The notes under the pieces were generated by a model that did no database searches, was not told the DNA's origin, and saw nothing but the letters and a program-made list of their open reading frames with translations. From a virus (Duplodnaviria > Caudoviricetes), in IMG/VR virus record IMGVR_UViG_3300003970_000020, positions 1-44,704 of that record: a stretch of 44,704 nt of DNA. One strand, given 5' to 3'. A program made the position numbers and the translations under genes. Below are positions 7,782-16,956 of this stretch, piece after piece (position 1 is the first letter of the stretch; each line of letters begins with the position of its first letter).

Positions 7782-9761
7782 GTGTCAGGCGGTCAGGGAA
7801 CCCTCTTCGACGAGCGCTTCCTCGGCCGGTACGCTGGCGCGATCATGAGCGATCCGACAACGGCACTGGTCGAGCTGGTGGCCAATGCCTGGGACGCCTA
7901 CGCCACCAAGGTCGAGATCCAGTGGCCGGACCGGGGGACTGGGGCGGCCTTCCGTATAGAGGACAACGGGCTGGGGATGTCGGCGGACGAGTTCGAGATC
8001 CGCTGGCGCACGCTCGACTACAATCGGCTCAGCTACCAGGGCGCCACGGTGATGCCGCCGGAGGGCGTACAGGGCGGCCCTCGCCTTGTCTACGGCCGCA
8101 ACGGTAAGGGGCGACACGCGGCCTTTTACTTCTCCTCTCCCTATCGGGTCAGGACGTGGAAGGACGGCATCGAGATCGTTTACCAGGTATCCCAAGGCAT
8201 CTCGAATCCGATTGACCTCGTGCAGGAAAGACGCCGCGAAGACGTAACCGGGCACGGCACGGAGATCTCCGCGCTCGCCCTTAACCCGTCGGCACTGTCG
8301 GCCGCGGATGCGCGCTCACTGCTGAGCACGCGTTTCCTGGCCAACCCAGCCTTCGAGGTGTCGGTCGATGGTGTGAAGGTCACCTTCGACGATATCCCCG
8401 CAGAGTGCCTGCAGGAGATCCAGGTCGAGGTCCCTGGTTGCGGGGTGGCTACTATCCTCGTGATAGACAGCCAGCGCGCGGATCGCACCTCGAAGCAGCA
8501 CGGCATCGCTTGGTGGGTGAACAACCGCCTCGTGGGCACCGCGGGCTGGCGGTACTCGGACGAGGTCCGGATCGTCGACGGCCGGTCCGAGGAGGCCAAG
8601 CGCTACACCTTCATCGTAAGCGCCGACTTCCTAGCGCCCGCTGTGCAAGAGGACTGGCGGGATTTCCGGCCGGGCCATCCGACATGGGTGGCCACGGAGC
8701 GCCCAGTGCAGGAAGCCATCCGAGGCGTGATCCACAACATCACCCAGGAGAAGCGGACCCGCACTCGCGACATCGTCCGGGCGTCCCATCGCAATCAGGT
8801 CATCGCCATGCCGCCGCTCAGCCGCGAGCGCTGGAACGGCCTGCTCGACAACATACTGGAAAACTGCCCCAGCCTCGGCGAGACCCAGGTTGACCAGGTC
8901 ATGGGCCTACTAGCGAAGCTCGAGCTGGCCCAGTCCCAGTATTCGCTGCTCGAAAAGCTCCACGCCCTGACGCCGAACGAAATGGACCAGTGGAACTCGC
9001 TGCTTAACGAGTGGACTGTTGCCACCGCCAAGATCGCGCTCGACGAGGTGGCCAAGCGTCTCCGGTTGATCGAGGAGATCCGCGCCAAGACCGCCGACTC
9101 TAAGACGGACGAGGTGCACGAGCTGCAGCCACTTTTCGCCCGATCCTTGTGGATCTTTGGCCCCCAGTTTGAAAGCATCGAGTTCACTTCAAACCAGGGC
9201 ATGACCCAGGTCATTAAGACCATTTTCCACAAGGACGAGAAGGGCTCGCTGAACCGCCCCGACTTCGTCATCACCACCGATGGCAGCGTGGGCCTCTACG
9301 CGACCCCAGCCTACGATTCGCAGCACAACGAGGTAGGCACCTCCACCCTGGTGATCGTCGACCTTAAGAGGCCCGGTGTCTCCCTCGGGATGGAGGAGAA
9401 GAATCAGGTCTGGAAGTACGTGAAGGAGCTGCGGAACCGCGGGCACATCACCGAGGACACCTACGTGATTGGGCATGTGCTGGGCGATCGGATCTCGCAG
9501 GGCGAGTCCGTCCCAATGACGCAAGGGGATCGCTGCACCATCAAGCCGCTACTCTATGCAAACTTCATCAGTCAGGCCGAGAAGCGGATGCTAACACTGC
9601 ACAAGAAGCTGCTGTCGGCCCCGTTCATGCAAGAGGCGATGGCGGCCTTCATCGCACCACCCGATGGAGCACCTATGCCAAAGCAGGGCACGCTCGCCGT
9701 CAACGTCGTGCCGATTACCGCAAAGACCGAGACCGACTCGCAGTCCTCTTCCGCCTCGTAG
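7782..9761 (+). CDS. GHKL (MORC/HATPase_c_3) ATPase fused to a PD-(D/E)XK nuclease; putative defence protein
   Basis: ELVANAWDA, IEDNGLGM, GRNGKG, GT motifs; C-terminal RPDF...VDLKRP...QVWKY. Confidence 0.85.
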   Translation: MSGGQGTLFDERFLGRYAGAIMSDPTTALVELVANAWDAYATKVEIQWPDRGTGAAFRIEDNGLGMSADEFEIRWRTLDYNRLSYQGATVMPPEGVQGGPRLVYGRNGKGRHAAFYFSSPYRVRTWKDGIEIVYQVSQGISNPIDLVQERRREDVTGHGTEISALALNPSALSAADARSLLSTRFLANPAFEVSVDGVKVTFDDIPAECLQEIQVEVPGCGVATILVIDSQRADRTSKQHGIAWWVNNRLVGTAGWRYSDEVRIVDGRSEEAKRYTFIVSADFLAPAVQEDWRDFRPGHPTWVATERPVQEAIRGVIHNITQEKRTRTRDIVRASHRNQVIAMPPLSRERWNGLLDNILENCPSLGETQVDQVMGLLAKLELAQSQYSLLEKLHALTPNEMDQWNSLLNEWTVATAKIALDEVAKRLRLIEEIRAKTADSKTDEVHELQPLFARSLWIFGPQFESIEFTSNQGMTQVIKTIFHKDEKGSLNRPDFVITTDGSVGLYATPAYDSQHNEVGTSTLVIVDLKRPGVSLGMEEKNQVWKYVKELRNRGHITEDTYVIGHVLGDRISQGESVPMTQGDRCTIKPLLYANFISQAEKRMLTLHKKLLSAPFMQEAMAAFIAPPDGAPMPKQGTLAVNVVPITAKTETDSQSSSAS

Positions 9762-9780
9762 CGCCGAAAACCACAGATCC

Positions 9781-10566
9781 ATGGCAAGTTTCCCTCAGAG
9801 GTTCGGTCATCGCGCGCCCGAGCCTCCGATCACAGTCCGGAATGATGCACCCAAGAGTTTCCGTGGTGCCCTGGTCATGCTGGGCAACGAAGCGCTGGGC
9901 GCGAAGCAGTTGCGGGAGGTGGTCTGCTCGACGCTCCTCGAGCCGCCAGACGCGAATAACTGGAGTGCCTCGAACGTGCTGGAGGAGGTGCGCTGGCTGG
10001 TAACCTCGAAGGCCGAGTGGCCTCAGGTTTATGAGATTGCAGAGGCTCTCTACCAGCGGCTCCCGACCAACGGGCTGTGGGATACAGATACCTTTGAGGA
10101 AAAGCTGAACCAGCTCCTGATCAAGGACGGCATCGGCTACGTGATGACCCAGGGTGAGATCAGCGCTCGCGGGTCCGAGGTGTTCGAGCATGCGCCTGGA
10201 GTGGCGGTCGAGGTGCTCGATGAGATTGGAACCACGACTGCATCAGCCGAGATGCAGGAAGCGATGCGGGATATCTCCCGACGTCCGCCAGACCTAACCG
10301 GCGCCGTTCACCATTCCATGAACGCCCTGGAGTGCTTGGCGAAGCAACTCACGGGGAATCCAAAGGCGACACTGGGTCAGATCGTCTCAAGGCTGAATTT
10401 GCCCAAGCCACTCGACACCGCAGTGGAAAAGCTCTGGGGCTACGCATCACAGTCGGGCCGACACATCTCTGAAGGCGGGGAGCCCACCTTCGAGGATGCC
10501 GAGTTCATCGTGACTATGGCGGCAGGTCTCTGCACCTACCTGGCACGCCGCCAAAAGGAGCCCTGA
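9781..10566 (+). CDS. AbiJ-NTD4-like protein with C-terminal HEPN/Abi-C-like domain
   Basis: MASFPQRFG N-terminus; AVHHSMNALE and LWGYASQSGRH C-terminal motifs. Confidence 0.7.
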   Translation: MASFPQRFGHRAPEPPITVRNDAPKSFRGALVMLGNEALGAKQLREVVCSTLLEPPDANNWSASNVLEEVRWLVTSKAEWPQVYEIAEALYQRLPTNGLWDTDTFEEKLNQLLIKDGIGYVMTQGEISARGSEVFEHAPGVAVEVLDEIGTTTASAEMQEAMRDISRRPPDLTGAVHHSMNALECLAKQLTGNPKATLGQIVSRLNLPKPLDTAVEKLWGYASQSGRHISEGGEPTFEDAEFIVTMAAGLCTYLARRQKEP

Positions 10567-10653
10567 GCGCCTCCTCGCCTGTTCCACAGCGACCTTCCTC
10601 TTGGTCAGGAATGCCGACACAGTCGCTCAGTGCCGCCAGTAAGTTGGACTTTC

Positions 10654-11073
10654 TCACATGGTCCAGTTTGAGTTTGTGGGAGCGCGCCCCAGGGTCTCCA
10701 GCTGCGCAAACCAGTCAGTTGTGCTTGCGGAAATGAGGCGCGACGCCGTCCCATTTGGCTCGCGCCCGTCCAAGATCGCCTCAACGATTCCCGGCGCGAG
10801 GAGCGTCAACCTTAGGAGGCGCGCGATGTGAGATACGTCCATCTTCTCAGATGCAGCCAATTCTCGGATTGACGCGTAACGTCCCTCCTCAAGCATCCGC
10901 CGCCAGCGGAACGCCCGTGCTAGCGCCTTCACCAGCGCCGGGTCGCCGCGCGTCTCTGCTATCCCTTTGGCGCTGTCGCCGACCTGAACCGGCGCCCCAT
11001 CCGGCCCGATGATCTGCTTCCGCCCGCCGCGGCGGCGAATCGCCATTGGCACCATCACCGTGACGCTGGTCAT
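10654..11073 (-). CDS. Conserved HTH-containing protein downstream of the serine recombinase
   Basis: RRRGGRK...ALVKALARAFRWRRMLEEG..SIRELA; start overlaps the recombinase stop. Confidence 0.8.
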   Translation of the reverse strand: MTSVTVMVPMAIRRRGGRKQIIGPDGAPVQVGDSAKGIAETRGDPALVKALARAFRWRRMLEEGRYASIRELAASEKMDVSHIARLLRLTLLAPGIVEAILDGREPNGTASRLISASTTDWFAQLETLGRAPTNSNWTM

Positions 11074-12407
11074 GCTGCCATCGCCCCCTGCTTCGCTGCC
11101 ATGTCCTGCGCCAGTGCAGCCAGCCCTTCCAGATTCAACCTGATCTCCGCCCCTGCCTCGCCGACCGTGACACGCTCGACGAGCAGCCGGACAATCCGCC
11201 CCTGCTCGCCGGGGAACAGCTCGTCCCAGAGCGGATCCAGCCGCCCGAGCGCATCGCGCACCTCAGCCTCGGTCAGGTCGGGCATCTCGGCTCGGGCCGC
11301 GCGCCAGGTGCCGACGATGACCTCCGGCTGGCGGAGTAGGGCGCGGACCTGGGCCATCACCAGCCCCTCGATCTCCCCTGCCGGAAGGCGGCGGTGCGGT
11401 GCGTCATTGGCGCCGCCCTGCAGGACCGCCTGACTGACGTAATAGCGGTAGAGACGCCCCTTCTTCCGGGTGTGGGTGGGGGACATCGCCCGACCGTCCG
11501 GCCCGAACAGCAGGCCGCGGAGCAGGGACGGCGCGTTGGCGCGGTTCTTCGCGCCACGCGCCCGCGGGCTCTCGACCAGGATCGCGTGTGCACGGTCCCA
11601 CATTTCACGCGGAACGATGCCGGCGTGCTCGCCTGGATACGACGTGCCCTTGTGCACCGCCTCACCGAGAAAAGTGCGGTTGCCCAGCAGCTTGTAAACG
11701 GCGCCCTTGTCGAAGGGGCGGCCGGTCTTCGTCAGCAGCCCCTCGGCGTGCAGCACCGGCAGCAGCTTGGTGGCGGAGCCGATCTCGGCGAACCCCTCGA
11801 ACACGCGGCGCACCGTCGCTGCGCCAACTTCGTCCACCAGGAGCTTGCGATTCTCGACGCGATAGCCGAGCGGCACCGGGCCACCCATCCACATGCCCCG
11901 CGCACGCGAGGCGGCGACCTTGTCGCGCACCCGCTCCCCGATTAATTCTCGCTCATACTGTGCAAAGCTGAGCAGGATGTTCAGCGTGAGCCGGCCCATG
12001 CTGGTGGTCGTATTGAACGATTGAGTGACCGAAACAAACGTGACGTCGTGCTCGTCAAAAGCCTGCACCAGCTTTGCGAAGTCCATGAGCGAGCGGGACA
12101 GCCTATCGATCTTATAGCAGACGATGACGTCCACGAGGCCGGCTTCGATGTCGGCGAGCAGCCGCTTCAGGGCAGGACGCTCCAGGGTGCCGCCACCTAC
12201 CCCGCCATCATCATAGCGGTCGTGCACCAGCACCCAGCCCTCTGAGCGCTGGGAGGCAATATAGGCCTCACACGAGGCCCGCTGCGCGTCGAGCGAGTTG
12301 AACTCCTTCTCCAAGCCTTCATCGGTGGATTTCCGCGTGTAGACCGCGCACCGGAGCTTGCGGACCTTCGGCGGAGGCGTGGCGTCGGTGCGGGCGACGC
12401 GACTCAT
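11070..12407 (-). CDS. Large serine recombinase (prophage integrase)
   Basis: AVYTRKST, YDDGG, ERPAL, YKIDRLSRS resolvase motifs plus recombinase domain. Confidence 0.95.
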   Translation of the reverse strand: MSRVARTDATPPPKVRKLRCAVYTRKSTDEGLEKEFNSLDAQRASCEAYIASQRSEGWVLVHDRYDDGGVGGGTLERPALKRLLADIEAGLVDVIVCYKIDRLSRSLMDFAKLVQAFDEHDVTFVSVTQSFNTTTSMGRLTLNILLSFAQYERELIGERVRDKVAASRARGMWMGGPVPLGYRVENRKLLVDEVGAATVRRVFEGFAEIGSATKLLPVLHAEGLLTKTGRPFDKGAVYKLLGNRTFLGEAVHKGTSYPGEHAGIVPREMWDRAHAILVESPRARGAKNRANAPSLLRGLLFGPDGRAMSPTHTRKKGRLYRYYVSQAVLQGGANDAPHRRLPAGEIEGLVMAQVRALLRQPEVIVGTWRAARAEMPDLTEAEVRDALGRLDPLWDELFPGEQGRIVRLLVERVTVGEAGAEIRLNLEGLAALAQDMAAKQGAMAA

Positions 12408-12904
12408 GCGCCGGCCCTCCGGATCCCGAAGAACACCCAACCATTCCAGCGGGTGCCGGTGATGGCCCGCGCGATGGCGGAGAGCGACTGATACGGGCGG
12501 CCCTGCCACTCGTAGCCGGTGCGGGTGACCGTCACGACCTGCTCGACGCCCTGATACTCGCGCAGCAGCCGCGTGCCCGTGATCGGGCGCTGGTCGTGGC
12601 GAATGCGGCGCAGCGTGATGCTGCGGCCGTCGAACTGCTCACCGAGTGCATCGAGTCGCTCCAGCGTCTCGCGCTTCAGGCCGCCATAGGCCAATTCCTG
12701 GACGCGGTAAGAAACGCGGCTTTCCAGGAAGCGCCGGTTGTAGGGCGGCGGCTCGGTGCCGAAGAGCCGCCGCCACTCGGCCTTCAACTCGCCGATCGGC
12801 ATGCCGGGCAGCGCGGCGAGGCGCGCCGGCACATCCTGCTTCGGAATGGCGGATATGGTGGGGGCCGGCGGGATGCCGGGCTTGATCTTGGTCGCGCGTG
12901 TCAT
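12404..12904 (-). CDS. DUF2924-like protein
   Basis: ELKAEWRRLFG...YRVQELAYGGL...GTRLLREY..SLSAIARAITGTRWNGWVFFG. Confidence 0.88.
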   Translation of the reverse strand: MTRATKIKPGIPPAPTISAIPKQDVPARLAALPGMPIGELKAEWRRLFGTEPPPYNRRFLESRVSYRVQELAYGGLKRETLERLDALGEQFDGRSITLRRIRHDQRPITGTRLLREYQGVEQVVTVTRTGYEWQGRPYQSLSAIARAITGTRWNGWVFFGIRRAGA

Positions 12905-13104
12905 GCGGGTCTCCGGGTGGTCCGGGTTGCATGGAGGCGCTGGGGTGCCGGGAAGTGGAGGCAACTCTCTCCCTGGTTCGCCGCCTCGCGCGCAGCTTCC
13001 TCGGCAGCGCGGCTGCGCAGCCGCACAAGCCCCGCGGCCAAGATGCTGCAGACCTCACGGAGGTGCGGCGGTAGGTGGGAATTGATCGGTCGGGGACGCT
13101 GCAT
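12901..13104 (-). CDS. Small hypothetical protein at the head of the recombinase operon
   Basis: LREVCSILAAGLVRL; stop overlaps the DUF2924 ATG. Confidence 0.7.
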   Translation of the reverse strand: MQRPRPINSHLPPHLREVCSILAAGLVRLRSRAAEEAAREAANQGESCLHFPAPQRLHATRTTRRPA

Positions 13105-13145
13105 CCCGTGACAATACGAATCGCCAGCGGTTTGGGGAGTGCAAT

Positions 13146-13161
13146 TGTGTAGCGCTACACA
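13146..13161. promoter_or_regulatory. Perfect 16-bp palindrome, candidate repressor operator
   Basis: TGTGTAGCGCTACACA; half-sites recur at 13949-13958 and 13971-13978. Confidence 0.65.
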
Positions 13162-13168
13162 GGCAGGT

Positions 13169-13948
13169 CTACGCTCCGACCTGCCGCCCCAGCCAGATCA
13201 CCCGCCCGATGACATGAATATCGTCCGGATTGATGTGTGGCTGCGAGGCATAGGCCGAGTTGTCCGAGATCACTGTGATCAATTGCTTGCCCAACTCGAC
13301 CTGCACCCGCTTCACCTGCAGCCCATTGCCGGTGCGAATCGCGTAAATGCCGTCCTTATCGCCGGGCTGGTTCTGCCGAAAATCGATCAGCACCGTGTCT
13401 CCGGTCCGCAGGGTGGGCTCCATCGAATCGCCGTCGACACTGATCACGGCCAGCTGGTCGAGTGGCGCCGTGGTGACCGTGCGGACCCACTCCTCCCGGA
13501 ACGCGATGCGGTGGGTCACCGCCTCGCCGTCGATCAACTGGCCCGGGCCTGCCGAGGCGGTAGCGTCGTAGACCGGCAGAAGCGCCCAGGTGTCACCGCC
13601 CATGACGATGACCTCGGCAGAAGATGGCCCGGTGTAGCTGGAAACCGACCGCGGCACCGGCTTGCGGCTGACCCGTTGCCCGAGCAGGGCCGCGGCCTCC
13701 TCCGGCGTGTTGATCGCGATTCCCGTTGGGGACGCCTCCTTCCCGAACAGCAGCATCTGCCAGGTGATGCCGAGCGGTGCCGCCAACTCGCGTGCAGCAC
13801 GCGCGGTCAATGGTCGTCGCCCGCTTTCGTAAGCGCGGTAGGTCGCCTCCGGCACGCCGGCGAGGCGAGCCAGTTCGGCGCCACTCCCAATGCCCTTTTC
13901 CTCACGGAATCGGCGGAGTCGGTCTGCTGAGGTGTCCATACGCTTCAT
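13169..13948 (-). CDS. cI: CI-like repressor (XRE HTH + S24 peptidase)
   Basis: N-terminal HTH (GAELARLAGVPEATYRAYESGRR); SAGPG cleavage site, GDSMEP, VKR. Confidence 0.93.
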   Translation of the reverse strand: MKRMDTSADRLRRFREEKGIGSGAELARLAGVPEATYRAYESGRRPLTARAARELAAPLGITWQMLLFGKEASPTGIAINTPEEAAALLGQRVSRKPVPRSVSSYTGPSSAEVIVMGGDTWALLPVYDATASAGPGQLIDGEAVTHRIAFREEWVRTVTTAPLDQLAVISVDGDSMEPTLRTGDTVLIDFRQNQPGDKDGIYAIRTGNGLQVKRVQVELGKQLITVISDNSAYASQPHINPDDIHVIGRVIWLGRQVGA

Positions 13949-14038
13949 TATGTAGCGCATCTGGCTCGATTGTGTAGCAGCTTTCTGCAAATACAAACAG
14001 TCTTGTTTCCGTGCCGCGACATTGCGTATCTACTCCCC

Positions 14039-14335
14039 ATGCCCGCCAGGATCTCCCCCCAGCCGAAACCGGTGGAACAGCCCGCCCCCGCGCGCCGTCC
14101 CGCCTCCCCGCCGCCTGCCAGCTTCGCCGAGGTGATCAACCTCTGGCCGAGTGCCACCGAGCTCGCCGTGGTGCTGGACGTGGAGGCTGTCACCGTCCGC
14201 GCATGGCGGCGCCGCGGCATCCCCTCCCGCTATTGGTCCGCCGTCGCCCAGGCCGCGCGCGTCACGAGCCGCCCGGTGGATGAGCGCCTGCTGGCGGAAC
14301 TGGCCTCGGTGCGGAGGGCTCGCCTCCATGGGTAA
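14039..14335 (+). CDS. Cro-like regulator
   Basis: Divergent from cI; SFAEVINLWPS..ELA..TVRAWRRRGIPSRYW HTH. Confidence 0.8.
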   Translation: MPARISPQPKPVEQPAPARRPASPPPASFAEVINLWPSATELAVVLDVEAVTVRAWRRRGIPSRYWSAVAQAARVTSRPVDERLLAELASVRRARLHG

Positions 14336-14750
14336 GCCATCCCGCGACAAGGGGCTCCGGCGCGAACGGGCCATCGTCGACCTGCACATGAAGTGCGGGC
14401 TGCGGGCGGAGCGCGTGCCGCTGTCAGGTGCGCTTCGGTATCGCGGCAACGGCGCTGACGTCGATCTCTACGTCCGCGGCGCCGAACCCGTGAAGGCCGA
14501 GGTCAAGGCGCGCGGCGACGGGGATGGCTTCCGCACGCTGGAGCGCTGGCTGGGCGGGAATGACGCGCTGTTCCTCTGGCGTGACCGCACCTCGCCCTTC
14601 GTGGTGCTGCCCCTGCATGTCTGGCTGGAGATCGTCGGGCGCAGCGCGCGCGCCGATGCGGACACCGATGCCGCACGGACCGAACGCCGCAATGCCATCG
14701 AGCAGGGGCCGCTGCCACCTGCCGACGCCATCGCGCGGAGCGCCGCATGA
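14328..14750 (+). CDS. Holliday-junction-resolvase-like PD-(D/E)XK nuclease
   Basis: SRDKGLRRER..RVPLSGA..D..EVK. Confidence 0.8.
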   Translation: MGKPSRDKGLRRERAIVDLHMKCGLRAERVPLSGALRYRGNGADVDLYVRGAEPVKAEVKARGDGDGFRTLERWLGGNDALFLWRDRTSPFVVLPLHVWLEIVGRSARADADTDAARTERRNAIEQGPLPPADAIARSAA

Positions 14751-14857
14751 CCCGGCACCAGATCGGCGAGGCGCTGCGGGCGCTGCTCGGTGGCGCGCTG
14801 CTGGCGGGTTGTTTCATGGGCCTGCTCTGGCTCGCCGAGCTGGCGACCATCCCATGA
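14747..14857 (+). CDS. 36-aa membrane peptide (not in the ORF track)
   Basis: MTRHQIGEALRALLGGALLAGCFMGLLWLAELATIP; ATGA overlaps at both ends. Confidence 0.6.
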   Translation: MTRHQIGEALRALLGGALLAGCFMGLLWLAELATIP

Positions 14858-15420
14858 GTGCCATCCCCATGCCGATGCCCGCGCCCGCCCGGCCGCCTGC
14901 ATCGCTCATCCAGCCGGGCGTCACCTCGTTGAACGGGACCACCATGACCAACCGAACCACTCTGGCGCAGCTGCGCGAGATGGACGCCGCGCAGGCCGCA
15001 CGCCTGCCCGTCGATCATCTGGCGCTGCTGCTGGAAGAGGTCGGGGCGCTCAAGGCCGACGCCAAGCACCTCGCCGACCTGCTGCACGACGCGCTGCACG
15101 CTCGCTACGGCGCCCCTGCCGCCGCGGCCCGTCGCGCCGAGGGCAAGGACACCGGCCGTGTCCGCGTGCCTGACGATGGCTTCGAGGTCGTCGCCGACCT
15201 GCCGAAGAAGGCGGCGTGGGACCAGCCGAAGCTGGCCGCGGCCGTCGCCACCATCATGTCGTGGGGCGAGGACCCCGTCGACTACGTCACCACCGAGATC
15301 CGCGTGCCGGAGAGCCGCTTCACGGCCTGGCCGCCGCGCATCCGTGCGGTGTTCGAGCCGGCGCGCACCGTCGCCACCGGCCGCGCCTCCTACACCCTCG
15401 AACAGAAGGACGCCGCGTGA
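14854..15420 (+). CDS. Conserved phage early protein (alternative start 14944)
   Basis: GKDTGRVRV..DLPKK..WDQ pattern; upstream of the AAA_24 gene. Confidence 0.75.
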   Translation: MSAIPMPMPAPARPPASLIQPGVTSLNGTTMTNRTTLAQLREMDAAQAARLPVDHLALLLEEVGALKADAKHLADLLHDALHARYGAPAAAARRAEGKDTGRVRVPDDGFEVVADLPKKAAWDQPKLAAAVATIMSWGEDPVDYVTTEIRVPESRFTAWPPRIRAVFEPARTVATGRASYTLEQKDAA

Positions 15421-15608
15421 TGGCGCACGAACTCCGTATCCAGGTCGCCATTCCTCTCGTCGGCGACGCGATCGCCCGCGCCAAGGATGTCACGGCCTTC
15501 GAGGCGACCCTCGACGATTTCACGGAAGCCGTCGCGCGAGCCGGTGGCGACATCAAGGTCGATGTCATCAAGGCCAAGCCGCGTGCCGCAAAGCAGGAGG
15601 CGCACTGA
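15420..15608 (+). CDS. Small hypothetical protein
   Basis: MAHELRIQV...; TGATG coupling on both sides. Confidence 0.7.
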   Translation: MAHELRIQVAIPLVGDAIARAKDVTAFEATLDDFTEAVARAGGDIKVDVIKAKPRAAKQEAH

Positions 15609-16381
15609 TGGCGATCTCCCTCGCCTCGCTCCGCCGCTCCGGCGCCGCGTTTCCTCCGCGGCTGCTGGTCTACGGCGTCGCCGGGGTCGGCAAGACCAAG
15701 CTCGCCGCCGACGCGCCGCGGCCGATCTTCCTGCAGACGGAGGACGGCCTCGGCAAACTCAGCGCCGACACCTTCGGCATGTTGCGCAGCTATGAGGATG
15801 TGCAGGACGCGCTCGATGTCCTGTATCGCGAGGATCACGGGTTCCAGACCGTGGTGCTCGACAGCCTCGATTGGCTGGAGCCGATGATCTGGAAGCGCAC
15901 CTGCCGGGACAACAACTGGCCGGACATCGAGAAGCCCGGTTTCGGCAAGGGCTATATCGCTGCGCTCGATGTATGGCGTGACGTTCTCGATGGCATGACT
16001 CTGCTGCGCGACGAGCGCGGCATGGGCGTGATCCTGATCGCCCATGCCGACATCAAGCGCTTCGACAGCCCCGAGACCGAACCCTACGACCGGTATCAGC
16101 CGAAGCTGCAATCGCGCGCCGCGGCGCTGGTGCAGGAGCATGTCGATGCCGTGCTCTTCGCGAACTATCGCATCAGCACGCTGAAGTCGGATGTCGGCTT
16201 CAAGAAGCAGGTGACGCGCGGCGTCAGCGGCGGCGATCGGCTGCTGCACACCGTCGAGCGCCCGGCCTTCCTGGCGAAGAACCGCTTCGGCCTGGCCGAG
16301 AGCCTCACCCTGGACTGGCCGACGCTGGCCGCCGGCATCCCTTTCTACACCCCCGCCACTCCTGCCCCCGAGAGGAACTGA
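15608..16381 (+). CDS. AAA_24 / Sak4-like ATPase
   Basis: YGVAGVGKT, VVLDSLDWLE, GFGKGY, AKNR; GGAGG RBS. Confidence 0.88.
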   Translation: MAISLASLRRSGAAFPPRLLVYGVAGVGKTKLAADAPRPIFLQTEDGLGKLSADTFGMLRSYEDVQDALDVLYREDHGFQTVVLDSLDWLEPMIWKRTCRDNNWPDIEKPGFGKGYIAALDVWRDVLDGMTLLRDERGMGVILIAHADIKRFDSPETEPYDRYQPKLQSRAAALVQEHVDAVLFANYRISTLKSDVGFKKQVTRGVSGGDRLLHTVERPAFLAKNRFGLAESLTLDWPTLAAGIPFYTPATPAPERN

Positions 16382-16385
16382 AGCC

Positions 16386-16952
16386 ATGGCCTTGCTCAAT
16401 GGAACCTTCGACGCGAGTGGCGTCGAACCCGCCGCACCCATGGAGCTGCTGCCGCCCGGCCGCTACGTCGCGCAGATCGTGCAGAGCGAGATGCAGCCGA
16501 CCAAGGCTGGTGACGGCCAGCTGCTCTGGCTAGAGCTTGAAGTCCTGGATGGCCCGCATCGCGGCCGTAAGATCTGGGACCGGCTGAATCTCGCGAACCG
16601 CAACCAGCAGACGGTGGAGATCGCGCAGCGGCAGCTCTCGGCCATCTGCCACGCCGTCGGCCAGATCCAGGTGAGCGACAGCGAGCAGCTGCACTTCCGC
16701 CCGGTGCTGGTCACGCTGGTGGTCGAGCCCGACAGCCGCGATGCGCACATGCCGGTCGAGGAGCGGCGCAAGCAGAACAAGGTCAAGGGCTATAGCCCCG
16801 CGGGCGGCGTGGCGGCACCCGCGCGTGTGGCGCCCGCAGCGCCAGTCCACCAGGCGCCCCCGCAGCAGCAGCAGCATCCGGCCACGCCACCCCCGGCACC
16901 GCGTCAGCCGTCTCCCGGTGCGGCGCCGCCGCCCTGGCGCCGGACCGGCTGA
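16386..16952 (+). CDS. DUF669-like single-stranded DNA-binding protein
   Basis: LLPPGRY...GRKIWDRLNL; Pro/Ala-rich tail ending PPWR. Confidence 0.82.
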   Translation: MALLNGTFDASGVEPAAPMELLPPGRYVAQIVQSEMQPTKAGDGQLLWLELEVLDGPHRGRKIWDRLNLANRNQQTVEIAQRQLSAICHAVGQIQVSDSEQLHFRPVLVTLVVEPDSRDAHMPVEERRKQNKVKGYSPAGGVAAPARVAPAAPVHQAPPQQQQHPATPPPAPRQPSPGAAPPPWRRTG

Positions 16953-16956
16953 CGCA

